NCBI RefSeq assembly: GCF_009834535.1
Contig: NC_045696.1
Span: 21,330,001-21,394,000, forward strand
Length of the DNA: 64,000 nucleotides
From: Camelus ferus
Taxonomy: Eukaryota
Direction of reading: 5' to 3'
The position numbers and the translations under genes are program-made. Shown one piece after another: positions 1 through 13,200 of the stretch (position 1 is the first letter of the stretch; each line of letters begins with the position of its first letter). Below the pieces are notes generated by a model. It saw nothing but the letters and a program-made list of their open reading frames with translations. It was not told the DNA's origin and did no database searches.

Positions 1-730
1 TCTTGGAGGAAGTATAGGAGTCGTTCCTTAGAAGCAACACCAAAAACCACAGATAACAAATAGAGAAATAGAACTACACAAGAATTTAAAATTTTTGTGC
101 TGCAGATAAAACCATTAAGAAAGTGAAAAGACAGTTCCTAAAATGGGAGGGAATTGTTGCAAATCATATATCAGAAAAGGGATTTGTATTCTGAATACAT
201 AAACACTTTTTGTGACTTAATAGTATAAAGATAACTTAATTAAAAATTGACAAAGAATTTCATTAGATAGTATTCCAAAGAAAATACACAAATGGCCGAT
301 AAGATTGGAAAGATTCTCAATATCATTAGTCATTAAAAAGGCAAATCAAAATCACATTGAGCTACTACTTTCACGCCCACTAGGATGGCTGTGATAAAAC
401 CACAGAAAATAACAAGTGTGTTTGAGTATATGGAGAAATTGGACCTCTCATGCATCGCTAGTGGGGATGTAAGTGTGCAGCCACTCTGGGAAAAAGTTCC
501 TTAGTTCTATTTCTAGGTATATGTCCATGAAAAACAAAATCCTATAACTATACAAAAACTTGTACATGAACGTTCATAACAGCATTATTCTTAATGCTTA
601 CAAAGTAGAAACACACCAAATTCCCATCAACTGATTGGTGGGCAAATAAATGTGGATATCCATAAAATAGAATACTATTTAGTAGTAAAAAAGAATGAAG
701 TGCATGCTACAATATGGATAAACCTTGAGA
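1..730 (+). mobile_element. Old L1 (L1M-type) ORF2 3' end and start of 3' UTR, degraded
   Basis: Matches L1 ORF2 C-terminal consensus blocks (aaaccattaagaaagtgaaaagaca, tcattagtcattaaaaaggcaaatcaaaatcaca, cccactaggatggct, aaaaacttgtacatgaacgttcataacagcattattc, gaatactatttagtagtaaaaaagaatgaag). Confidence 0.85.
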
Positions 731-1489
731 GCCTGAAGACTGGGTTTGTATTTACTTTCTCATGCACTGCAATTCAGAATTGAAACTCTAGGTGGATAAA
801 TGGATATGTCAGTAACAATCTACTCATGTTGTTATTGAAAGAATCCATTTCATATCCTGCTCAAAGAGAAATGTAAAAGAGAGAAAATGGAATGCAAAAG
901 TAAAAATATTTCAGAAAAAATGGAAAAAAATAACCCCAAAGGATTCAATGAAGAATCAAACTAAGTGGTTCAGTAAAATATTAACATTTTCAATATATGC
1001 CACCACTATACAACTGAGTTCTCCGGCCAGAAACATGATTGTTTCTGTTCTTTTCTTTTCATTTTTTTTCTTATTTCAAATGTCAAAATACCACTGGACA
1101 CTTTTGTGACCCACAGAGAACACTTTTTAAAATAGTTTTCAAATCCAGATATTTCTTTCCATCGCCCATTCACTGGATTACATTGACCAGATGTCTCTCT
1201 GTTACTACAATAACCCCTTAACTGGCCTTGGTACATATAGTCTTGATTCTTTCCTTTCTCCACATTGAATGCAGAAATCTAAAACACATGTTGTATCCAT
1301 TCTTAAAAACCTTGAAAACTTGGTCTCAGAATCTTGACTACTTCTAATGCTTGTCATCATTTTGTCTTAACAGTTTAAATAAAGTCGCTATAAATCCTAC
1401 CTCATTTAAAGTGGAAAAGCACTTCCTTTTTCTTACTTATGAGGTTTCCTAAAGGCTTTCCCTGTTCCTAGCTACCTCTGGCTTTCTTT

Positions 1490-2295
1490 TTTAACTTTAC
1501 TTTTGAGGGCAGTTTTAGGTTTACAACAAAATTGGGACGAAGGTACAGAGATTTTCCATATCCCCATTATCACTAGCATTCACCAAATGGTACCTTTTAC
1601 CAAAGATGAACCTACATTGACACATCATAATCACTCCAAGTCCATAGATCACATTACAGTTCACTCTTGATTTGTACAGTCTATGGATTTGAAACTGTAT
1701 TATGATATATACCCATCATTACAATATCATACAGAGTATCTCCACTGCCCTAAAAATCCTCTGTTCTCTGCCTTTTCTCTCTCCCAGCCCCACTGTATGC
1801 CCAACAACCACTTATCTTTTTACTTTCTCCATGGTTTTGTATTTTCCAGAATGTTGTATAGTTGAAATCAAAGTGTGCAGCCTTTTCAGATTGACTTCTT
1901 TCACTTACTACTATGCATTTAAGATTCCTGTCTGTCTTTTCATGGTGTGATAGCTCATTTCTTTTCAGTGCTGGATAATATCCCATTGTTCAGAGATGCC
2001 ATGGTTTATTTATCCATTCACCTTTGAAGGACATCTTGATTGCTCCCAAGTTTTGGCAATTATGCATAAAGCTCTAAACATCCATGTGCAAGTTTTTGTG
2101 TGAATATGAGTATTCAGCTCCTTTTGGTAAATACTAAGACATATGGTTGCTGAATGGTATGGCTAAAAGCATGTTTAGTTTTGTAGGAAACTTCCAAAAT
2201 GGCTATAGCATTTTTCATTTCCACCATGTATGAGAGTTTCTGTTGTTCCACATCCTCCCAGCATTTTGTGTCAGTGTTTCAGATTTTGGCCATCT
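1490..2295 (-). mobile_element. L1 3' UTR fragment (L1MC-like)
   Basis: Antisense L1 3' end motifs: agttttaggtttacaacaaaattg, gatgaacctacattgacacatcataatcac, tttatttatccattcacctttgaaggacatcttgattgctcccaagttttggcaattatg. Confidence 0.85.
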
Positions 2296-2650
2296 TAAAA
2301 AAAGCCATCTTGGCTTTTATTTACTTTTGAACTTAAATTTCTATCTCTAGCCTATATTTTTTCTTTGTCTGTGTACTGCCCCTTTTAGCTTTGCATTATT
2401 CCTCATAAAAGTGCCTGATTATGAAATTCCCTAGGTAGCATTATCTTAGGACTTTGTATTTAGCATATTGTTACTAAAGTTTTGAAGAAAACAACAGTAA
2501 GCAACTTAAAGTCAATGTTAGCAATTCTTGTCTGAAAACCACAGTTGTCATTCTCATCATCAGTCATCAGTTAATGTGGAAAGCCACAAACCCACCATGG
2601 CCAGGCTAATTATCTTCCTGAGCTTCTTTATAACCCTTAAATGTCTAGAT

Positions 2651-2847
2651 CAGTATGGTCAGAAATTCAGTGATAATGAGAATTTTCAATGTCTGCATTG
2701 TCCACTGCAGTAGTCACTAGCCACATGTGGCTATTGATCACTTAAAATGTGGCTACTATGGCTGAGAAACTGAATTTTAACTTTTCTTTGATTTTAATTA
2801 ATGCACTTAACCACAGTGGCTGGCACCTACAGCATCAGATAGCACAA
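2651..2847. mobile_element. MER3 (hAT-Charlie non-autonomous DNA transposon)
   Basis: Diagnostic core tagtcactagccacatgtggctattgatcacttaaaatgtggcta...gaaactgaattttaa and a second ccacagtggct arm; preceded by a CTAG-containing hAT-type target. Confidence 0.85.
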
Positions 2848-4103
2848 AGCTACAAGTTGTCAGGGACTGTCTATCAATTCATTTTACTTTTCTGCAAAGT
2901 TGAATGAGTCCATCCAGCCCTGTGCTAGAGATTTCACTCTCCTTTCCTATGGTACTTTACTGAAAAAAGGAGAATTTCTTTCCTTAAGACAGAATTCTGT
3001 TTCCAACATTAAAAATGCCATTCCCTTCTATATTTTCAATGGTTTGTTATTTCATAGAATATGCGAATTTATGTTATGCTTAATTCCATCTCTAGCCGCC
3101 TTTCCAACCATCGTCTCCAAGATCTAGGTAAAATGAGCTTATTTCAGTTCCCTAAGTTCAAAAACTTTTCTGAACTAGACTTTGTGGACATATAATTGAT
3201 TCTGCCTAGAACACATAACAGCACCAAAACAATCATCCTGACTAGTAATTTATCTCAAATTAGAAAATAATCTCAAAATGTTTATTTTTATCTCAAAAAA
3301 AACTTTCAAAAAACTTTATCTTTCAAGAGGTATTCAGGGCATGGGGTGAGAGATATGGGAATAAGAAGAAGGGGAAAGGATTCTCTAAGGATCAACTTTA
3401 ATGATTTTTAAGAGATATAAGAACATTAGAATTTGTTTAAATCACTTTTGGTTAAAGAATTTTTCTTTTTGAATGCTGGGATGGGGCCAAGTGGTGTTAG
3501 AAATTTATTCTAGCTATATTTTGTGAGCTTGCCCAGGTCTCCGTACTCACAGGCTCTTTTGGTTGAAGTCATAGTTTGCTTCTGTCAAGATCTCAGCTGA
3601 CAGTACAGTTTTAACAGAACTGATAGACTATTAGAATTCAATGGTAACATAGAAGAGTCACCCTGACCCCAGCTGTGAAGTTTGAGAATATCACCTGCAA
3701 GCTAAATGGACATTGCAGTGATAATGCCGGGATTGGAATTGCAATTTTTTTTTTTTAAAATGCACTTTTCAGGATTGGATGATACATGTATTGAAAAATA
3801 GGAGTAGATATGAGTTCAGTAAAATCTGGATGAAGCACAAAAATTTTGTCTATGAATTTACCAACTAAAAATTTACCCTTTATTTTGTCCCAAAGCACTT
3901 TCTGTTTCTTGTAAGAAGAAATCATTTGAAAGTGCATTAGAACCTGGTGACAGATACTATGGGACTTGTTCAACAACTATTTCTCTGTACTGCTTATTGG
4001 AAAAAGTAACTCTCCCTTTGTACCAAAAATATTTTAGAAGAATTAAATATAAACATTTTAAAAAATGAGAAGTAAATGTATCACATTGATTATATAAAAT
4101 AGG

Positions 4104-4450
4104 TGCTATGACCTGATTTCCCCTAAAATTCATATGTGGAAGCCCTAACAGCCAGCGTGAGGGAAGTTAGAGGTGGTGTCTTTGGGATTTAGTTTTAGAA
4201 GAAGTAACAAAGATGGGGTCGCATGATGGAATTAGTGTCCTAATAAAGTTAGACAAAAAAGAACTCATTCTCTCTTCACTAAGTGAGGACACAGTCAGAG
4301 GTGACTACCTTTAAGCTGGGAAGAGAGCTCTCAAGAGAACCTGACCATATTGGTATTCTGTTCTCAGGCTCTAGAACTGTGAGAAAATAAATTCCTGTTA
4401 ATCTGTATGTCTATGGTTTATTGCTATGGCATCCTAAGCAGATGAAGCCA
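4104..4450 (+). mobile_element. MLT1A-type MaLR solo LTR
   Basis: Starts TGCTATG...cctaaaattcatatgtggaagccctaac and ends ...ctagaactgtgagaaaataaattcctg...CA. Near-perfect 5-bp TSD atagg (4099-4103) / ataga (4451-4455). Confidence 0.85.
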
Positions 4451-4718
4451 ATAGAGTAAGAAAGAATTTTTTTAAATATGACAAAATGACCCTGAAAGAA
4501 AAATAAGCAGATTTGATAAATTAATATAAATTGTACAGGGAGTTTTAATTAAAACTAACTATAAAAATAAACTATTAAATAATTATTAAAACTAACTATA
4601 AAAATAAACATGCAAAGTAGTGAGATATATAAAAATAAATTCAAATTTATACTAGATATAGATACAGGTAGATTTGTCTATCAAGTTGCCAAATATAATT
4701 ACAAAATATGTATGCCTA

Positions 4719-5475
4719 AAGACATTCTTCGACATAAATTATAGAGATGTTTTCCTAGGTCAGTCTTCCAAAAGAAATAAAGGCAAAATAAACAATGGGA
4801 CCTAATTAAACTTACAAGCTTTTTCACAGCAAAGGAAACCATAAACAAAAGGAAAAGACAATCTACAGACTGGGAGAAAATATTTGTAAACAATGAGAAT
4901 GACAAGGGCTGAATTTACAAAATATACAAACAGCTCATGCAGCTCAATGTCAAAAAACCAAACAATCCAATCAAAATTGGGCAGAAGACCTAAATAGACA
5001 TTTCTCCAGAGAAGAAATACAAATGGCCGATAGACAAATAAGATGCTAACATTACTAATTATTAGAGAAATGCAAATCAAAACTACAATGAGGTATCACC
5101 TCACACCAGTCAGACTGGCTATCATCAAAAAGTCTACAATTAATAAATGCTGGAGAGGTGTGGAGAAAAAGGAACCTTCCTATACCGTTGGGGGGAATGT
5201 AAATTGGTACAGCCACTATGGAGAACAGCATGGAAGTTCCTTAAAAAACTAAAAATAGAGTCACCATGTGATCCAGCAACCCTACTTCTAGACAAATATC
5301 CAGATAAAACTATACTCAAAAAGATACATGCACTCCAATGTTCACAGTAGCATTATTTACAATGGCCAAGACATGGAAGCAACCTAAGTGTCCATCAACA
5401 TACTCTGTTTTCTCTTTAGATTGTATAATCTTTTTTCACTAAGTGCCCATCAACAGATGAATGGATAAAAAAGTT

Positions 5476-5535
<60 letters not shown>

Positions 5536-5989
5536 TACTACCCAGCCATAAAAAAGAATGAAATGATGCCATTACAGCAACATGAATGGAACTAGAGATT
5601 ATCATACTAAGTGAAGTAAGTCAGACAGAGAAAGACATATATGATATCATTTATATGTAGAATCTGAAAAAAGACACAAATAAACTTACTTACAAAAAAG
5701 AAACAGATTCACTGACATAGAAAACAATCTTATGGTTACCAAAGGGCAGTTGGGGAGGAATAAATGGGGAGTTTTGGATTAACAGATAAACACTATTACA
5801 TAAAAAATAAATAAATAACAGGGTCATATGTATAGCACAGAGAAATATATTTAATATCTTATAGTGACCTCTAATGGAAAAGGATATACATATATATGTG
5901 TATGTGTGTGTATATATATATATAATCATTTTGCTATACACTAAAAACTAACACAACCTTGAAAACCAACTATACTTCAATTAAAAAAA
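4719..5989 (+). mobile_element. 5'-truncated, relatively young L1 (ORF2 C-terminus + 3' UTR + A tail)
   Basis: ORF 5043-5252 gives L1 ORF2p peptide [33 protein letters not shown] 5147-5350 gives [23 protein letters not shown]. The 3' UTR ends caactatacttcaattaaaaaaa. Possible degenerate TSD gtatgccta (4710-4718) / gtatgctta (5990-5998). Confidence 0.95.
5479..5532. repeat. (TA)n microsatellite inside the L1
   Basis: Perfect TA dinucleotide run. Confidence 0.95.
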
Positions 5990-5996
5990 GTATGCT

Positions 5997-6078
5997 TATC
6001 TATCTACTTATGTATGTATGCATGTATGTATGTATGTATGTATGTATGTATGTATGTATCTATCTATCTATCTATCTA
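5997..6078. repeat. Compound (TATG)n/(TATC)n microsatellite after the L1 tail
   Basis: Runs of tatg followed by tatc. Confidence 0.9.
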
Positions 6079-7499
6079 AGTTGGGCTTAGTCATGATTGA
6101 CTGGTGTGTGAATAAGAAAAACTTCTGGAGTAAAATTTGGTAATTTGTAATGTGGCTAGAAGATTATGTCATGATTTTCCATTTAAAGATGCAATGGAAT
6201 TTTAGAAGTTTCTGCTTCTATTCAGACTTCAGAGTACTGTGTGTGTGTGTATGTGTGAGATATGAAAGTGAAAAGCTTCTCAATAGACTCTGCAAGATTA
6301 TTTTAATATAAAATACCAGAGACTTTAGAATATTATCAACTAAAATTATTCATAAAATATTTGCCAAATTACTTGATTTGTAAACTTAATTTAGATCATA
6401 TGAAGAAGGATGAGAAGGGTATTCTGGGAAGATTAACTGTATGAGCAATGGTGCATGAGTAGAGCTATGGCACTTTGAGGGTCATAATGAAATTGATCCT
6501 GTAGAAAGTCATACAGATTATATGAGGAGAAAACTGAATGGGTAATGTAAGCTTGAGATATGAATAGTCTGAGTAATTCTTGTAATAAATTGCCCATATC
6601 TATGCCTGAGAAAATGATAAAAATTATAACACTTAGAACTCAAGTAGAATATTTAATTTCCTTCTTTAATTTTAAGGGGCCAAAATTTTGACCTTCAGGC
6701 TATCACAGTAGAAATATACATATAGGCTGCTCCTATCAAAATAAAAATACCTATTAATCTGTGGATTCAACAGTACAGACAACTGAGCTCTACCCTTAGT
6801 GTTCATCAGACAACTCCTGTTACCAAGGAGACATCCCTTCATCCCAAACCACAGAATAACTTTGGCTACAGTGGTTCCACTACTTCCATACTGAGTTGGA
6901 GGCTGGACATCTCTGATAAGGCTAGGATCTCCATTGGATTAGGTGCACTATACTCTCATTCCTTTGAGGTATTTCATTCCATGCTAGACACTTCTATGGA
7001 AGCTGAGTTCAGCCTTCATTAAACAAAGAACTTACTCATCATTGTTGTTATTCTTTTCTTCCCCCCAGTACCTAATTCCTTATTCTCTGTTTGCTGGCAC
7101 TCAGTCTCTTCTCTTGCTCCCATTCCACTCAAGGACATGCAAAATCAAACAAACAAAAAAATTCCAATCAACTTAGGTACACAAAATGAGAAAAGAAAAA
7201 CAGTAATATTAAAGATTATAGTCCTTATAGACTAGCTAATAGGTTTTAGGAGTGAGAAAAATGTACAGCTATTGCAACACCAAATTCATTTATCATAATA
7301 ATATCCTGTTACATGGGGAAATCCATTTCTTCATCTTTGTCCTCTCAACTGTACTTACTCTTACATAATCTTAGCAATCGCCCATGAAGGGAGAGTCTTC
7401 AGGTTTGAATGTTCACCTGATGCAGAAACCTTAATTTGACAGACTACATTTTTCACTGATTGATACTGGGTATTTGATTTGTAAAGAGGGCAGTGTCGG

Positions 7500-7870
7500 G
7501 TAGACTTAAGTTCAACTGAATACTACATACATATTCAAACTAATAGTTGTTGAAAAGATAAAAATTGGCTTCTGTCTTACAACAGGGTAATGAAGGAGTA
7601 GGCATCTTGGGAGGTAAACTAGCTTCAGATCTTTCGTTTTACTGCTCTGTATTCTTAAATGATGCCTCAAGATCCAAGAGGGCACTGCTGAATCTGCCAT
7701 CATAACTCACAATTCTGGCAATTACAGGGAGGAAGTGCATTCCTTTTCTTTGAACAGAGTACTCCATAGACATTCTATGGACTACTTTGTATCTATTATA
7801 TTCCAAACTTGATAATAAAGCCGTATCGACTTAAAATCCAAGCTGGGAAATATAATCTTTATACAAATTG
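7500..7870 (-). mobile_element. Degraded old MLT1 (J/K/L-type) LTR fragment
   Basis: cagatctttcgttttactgctctg...caagatccaagagggcactgctgaatctgccatcat...agctgggaaatataatcttt resembles antisense MLT1. Confidence 0.45.
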
Positions 7871-8263
7871 GAAATGTTGCTGAATCAAACTCTGTTTGTG
7901 TTACTAATGAAGATGAGGAGTGTAGCTATTAAGAGAAAACTAATTGTTTCTGACCAAGTCTCTTTGCTATTTATCTGAGACACATATGAAAGAGTAAGAT
8001 GAGCCCAAAATTTGTATTTTGAGGGCATGAATAAATGTTCAAAATAGCCACAATCATGTACTTAACTACAGAACTTAACAATTTGACATTTTTCAGGTGG
8101 TCTCGAAATGAATAAATTAAAAATTTTGTAACCTCATACATGTGTGATATGTTTATTCTTTATGTTTCTCCAACAAATCTCAATGTTTTTCTTTATACTG
8201 AAGTGATGATACCCTGTTAGCTAGAACAAATGTTTGGATTTTTCTTTTTGTCTATGTCATGTG

Positions 8264-8727
8264 TGTGATAGGCAGAATAATGACCCTCCCAAAGAGGTCC
8301 ACATCTTAATCCCCCTATACTAGTTTATGTGGCCAAAAGGAATTTGGCAGAATTGATTTAATTAAGCGTCTTGAGATGGGAAGATTATTCTCTATTATCA
8401 CAATGAGGTCCACATAATCAGAAGACTCTTTATTAGAAGGATGCAGGCGTGTCAGAGTCAGAGAAAAAGAAATTGGAGGATACTGTGCTGCTGGCTTTGA
8501 AGCTAGGGGAAGGGGTCATGAGCAAAGGGATGCAGGTAGACTCAGAAGCTGAAAAAAAAAAAAAATAAAGGAACAGATTGTCCCCTAGAACTCCAGAAGG
8601 AATGAACACATGCTATGATGAACCTTCAGCCCAGTGAGACCTCTGACATATATAACTGTGAAGTAAATCTGTGTTAAGTCACTAAGTTTGTGATAATTAG
8701 TTACCTCAGAAGTAAGAAACAATTATA
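8264..8727 (+). mobile_element. MLT1D-type MaLR solo LTR
   Basis: 5' tgtgataggcagaataatgaccctcccaaagaggtccacatcttaatccc; internal cttgagatgggaagattatt and ctgctggctttgaag; 3' aagtcactaagtttgtgataattagttac. Confidence 0.9.
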
Positions 8728-10139
8728 CTATGTAACAAACAACAAGGTTAACACAACTTAAATATGCAAAGAAAATTTAGTTTATTTTCTGAAGCATACT
8801 TAGTTTTTTCTCCTGAATGACTATCCTCTGAGGATAAAGAGAACTGAATTTTTCAATTAATTACATTTCAGTTTATTTCATGTAAACTGTCTGTCTCTAA
8901 TTGCTGTTCACATTTTCATATAATCCCTTCCCCATTGACTTTCTAATTACCTGCAAGATGGTATTTTGATGTATTTGGGGGCTTAAGGGATCTGATGGCG
9001 GTGGGGTAATGGAGCCACAGATCCACTATTTGTTCATGGTTTGTTTATTTTGTTCACTGAACTGGAACCTATGAGGTGGAAACTGATCTTGACTAGTCCT
9101 TCAGTCATAACGCTGGAAATCTATTTGACTCTGATCACAAATGTTGTGAACTCTATTTGTTGCCTCTGAATTTGTCATCTGTGGACCCTCTCAGCTCATG
9201 TATGACCCTTCTCCAAACGTAAGCATGAATGAACTTCTGAGTCAGCTGCACCTCACTCACAGTTCCTCAGGAGCCATGAGTTCTCCCACAGACTCACTTA
9301 ACTAGACACCTTCCTTGGGCAATATTTCTCTATTACTACATACTAGGTATTGCCCCAGCTGAGTGTGAGATGTAAGTTTCTTTAAGAACCTTACAGACCT
9401 CCAGACTATTCTTAGTAAAGCAAGCTATCAACTCTGATAGTCTTGGCTTCCTTAAATTATATCTGGATTTTTTTTTCTCACTGCTATTTAGAAGAAGAAG
9501 AAACAGAAATAGAAAAAGTAAGAACACTGACCTCTCTGAGCAGAAGTTTTATCATGTTCTGTCTTCCCCTTTCCTCTATCTACTGGAGAGCAATGAATAG
9601 GTTTTATCCCTGCCTCTCTGTACCAATGGAATTCTGTCTATCTGACATACTAATTCTTCTTTTTTTGTGTAAAGTTTTCCAATCTATGCTTCTGACAGGA
9701 AAAAGTCGCAAGATGAACTTGGATCTCTCTTTTCTCTTTGGGAAATAGTTTTCTCTTAGCATAGTATCTCACTATGGTTTGAAAAATATAACCAGCTTTA
9801 AGGATAAAGTTACAGTGATGCTTCTATTGTTGGTAGTTTTCACCTTGCTCTGGAAGAGATGCATGCCATTTATTTCATAGTTTGGATTGCAAATGTACTG
9901 GTTATGAAAATAAACCTCCAAATTTATCATATACTGTTCTTAAACCCATACTTTTGGAATAGATAATCTTTTATTTCCTTTTTATAGTGCCTCTGCTTGT
10001 ATTTCCATAATATTGGACTTTCCAATATGCTGGTAAAAATAATTTATTAATATTGTCCAGGTTATAATTTTCTAGCTTAAAAAAATCAAGATATAAGTGT
10101 TCAAAGTGCATCCACAAAGTTAAATCTGTTTTAAGGTAA

Positions 10140-10270
10140 CTTTATTTTGGATTTTATATTATAGGAAGCAAAGAGTCATTGCAGATTATTGAAATGGGAA
10201 ATGACATTTTAAAAGCATTACTTTAGGAAGATTAATCCACTGGCCATAAGCAGAACAATTTGAGGATGAT
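10140..10270 (-). mobile_element. L2 fragment
   Basis: tttggattttatattataggaagcaaagagtcattgcagatt...ttaggaagattaatccactggc resembles antisense L2. Confidence 0.5.
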
Positions 10271-13200
10271 TTGAAATATTTTCAGTTTCCATCACTAAAT
10301 AAATGTTTTGGAAGACATTAGGTCAAAATGTTAGATATGCCTGGAAAAGTATTTGAATTTGTGAAGAGTATATAGCCAACTATTTAAATATATTTAAATT
10401 ATTAATGCATTTAAATTATAAATTATAAAATTCATAACTGCAAAAAATATACTTATATTGTATTTCCTCAGAATTATAATAAGCAAATAAAATATTCTGA
10501 TTTGAATGGTACATAGTAAGGTTTAAAAGCCAATTTCAACATTTTTACATACTTTATAATAAATGATCTCTCTAATGAATAAAATATTTAGTTCTATAGT
10601 TGCTTCTGAGGGTAAGTTTTAAATAGTTTATTGATAAAACAATCCAGATGCTAGAATTAATAGAATCACTTAAATGTGTGTATGTTTTTGTTTGTGTATG
10701 TATCTGTGTTTAACCAATGAAACAAAATAACCTACTAAGCAAGGAATTTTTAAGTTGCTTACGTGATGAAATGAATTTGTTAACTCTCATCCGACCAATT
10801 ATTACACAAATAGATGCATAAGTGACAGAAATTGTGTTATGTGGTATTATATTGATATTAACAAAAAAAACTTCCCCATCTTTCTTTTACTCTCTTCATA
10901 GCCTGATTTGAAGTTCACTTGTTTTCTTACTTCACTTTAAAACAGATGCCTATGCAATAATATTAGCTAGCTCTGTTATGAAGATGAAGAAAAATAATAT
11001 TCAGAGGGGAAATCATATGTGGAAGCAAATCTTTTAAAATATTCATTTTCCCTTCAATGTAGTTACTGGTGTCGTGGACACTTTTACACTCTTCGAGTTT
11101 CATACAATTTCTTCTCAGTGTAATTACTGGTTGTCCTAAATGGACTCCTTGGCAACTTTCTGCCTCATTTCTAACAGTGCTCGTAAGTCAATCATGATTT
11201 CAGATCATCAGCTCTGTTTGCAGCAAAATTCATCACCATGATGAAGCAGGGTAAATTTGTTTAAAAATGCTAATTGTTCATGGACATGTTCTGCTAATAG
11301 GTCAGGCTTGTTGTACAGTGAAAACATAGTCTATGCCCTATAGTAATTTTTAAAACATCAATCTATATTTGTCCCCTTTGAATACTTCAGTTCTGCTAGA
11401 TGGATCATGGAGGTTACACAAATTTAGTATTTCGTGTCACGCTTGACTCTTTTTTTGGAGCCAGAAATTTAACTTCACTTCTATTTTATTTGCACAAACT
11501 TCCTTCTGCATAAATATTCCATACTTGGACTAAAATAAACTGAAGTTTGGGGCTTTGACCTATACCATGTGAGAAAATCAAATTTGTGTTTATTTTCAAG
11601 GAGTAGTTATTTAAAAAGAACATTTAAACTAATAATAATAAATGCAAACATATTACAATGAATTCAGCTTGAAAGAAGGATGTGCAATTTACTTCTGTAT
11701 AGATAAGTAGGTATAGCTCCAGCATTCACATACCTCTCTCTATATATCTGTATCTATACAAACATGATAGCTACTATATGTAAATAATATGATAAATGGA
11801 TAGAACAACATACATAGATAGGAAATGCAGATAAGCACACACATGTGTGTATATATATGTATGTATAGTCTATTGTTCCTTTAAGAACTGCTATTACTAA
11901 TTTTTCAGGTTGTTTCTATGAATAATCAGGCTACCGTGATGAGTTATACATGAAATCAAGTAACAATTTAACCCTGAATGCAAAAAGAAAAACCATGGAA
12001 ATTGGTTTTACCAAGAACATAGTCTCACTGTCCATATCCTACTGCAAATTTAAAAGATACAGATAGAAATAGTGCTTATAACGGTTTACCACCATCTTTT
12101 TAAAGAATCATTTTTGATTCTAATGGTCATGGCATCAACTCAAATATTTAAAGTTTTGGAAATCACTAAATACTATTGAATTTTCAAAGTGCTAACTCTT
12201 TCTTACATGTTAAGCCTGCTGCCTCAGATATTAAAGCCAATGATTTCACAACAAAAAACGTCAAGTGAAGGGTTCAGAAAAATTTATTGGAGCAGAAAGA
12301 AAATCAAAGTTCAAGAAAGAAAGGAGGGCGAGAGGCTCCGTGTTTGTATTTAAAGAAAAACAGGCAGTGTGCTTCACAACAATGAAATCTGGAACAAGGG
12401 TCGTGAGATCTGAGCTACAGTCATACATCCTACAACTGTTTACACAAAATTGAATAAATAAATTCAATCATGGACTTAGTATCCATAATTGCAAAAAGAG
12501 GAAGATGCCAACAGGTTGTGTGTTTAGCACAAGTTCATGTTGCTCTGAGGGCCGAAAGATAATCACATAAACAGACTTTAAAGCATATCTTTATAGCCAC
12601 TCTCCATAGTCTGTTTTTCTATTTTATTGCATCACTAATTTTTTCTCAATTTTCATCATGTTTTAATAACTAAGAGTGAGATCAATTATTGAATGATGTA
12701 TCTTATCTGAGAAGCACTGCTTAATAGCAAGGCTCAAGATTCAGATAAATTTTGTCAGGGGCAGAGTAAATGAGGGCCAAGGAAACAACCCCTCCCCCTC
12801 CCCACCACAAAAAAGGCAAGTTCAGGGATTAGACAATAGATTCGGAAAATACATATATTAGAATAAAACACAGGAGATGGTATGACACACTGTGAACTAT
12901 GCAAAACAAAGGCTCTTATATTATCTATCTCACCACAAAAATTTAAGCAACAAGAATAATACTGAAGCATTTCAGCAGGAGTGGGTTTTGGTACGCATGT
13001 GGTTTGGATGGAGAGTTTTCTAGTAATCAATATCCATGATGAACAGGGTTTAAGTGTGAATTATTTCCAGGGTTAAAGTATTCATTTATCCACGAGTAAG
13101 TTTTTCTACTAGTTCAGCTAGAAACTCAACTTTTCTATCAATAGTAGGAATGAAATCAGATTGCTCTCAAGATCTGTTTCCACTCCTAAAGAAACATTAA

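Noticed and set aside
4699..5350. Cluster of ORFs with protein-like translations
   Set aside because: Frameshifted L1 ORF2 pieces and their antisense frames, not a host gene.
10382..10399. 18-bp perfect AT palindrome atttaaatatatttaaat
   Set aside because: Expected in very AT-rich low-complexity sequence.
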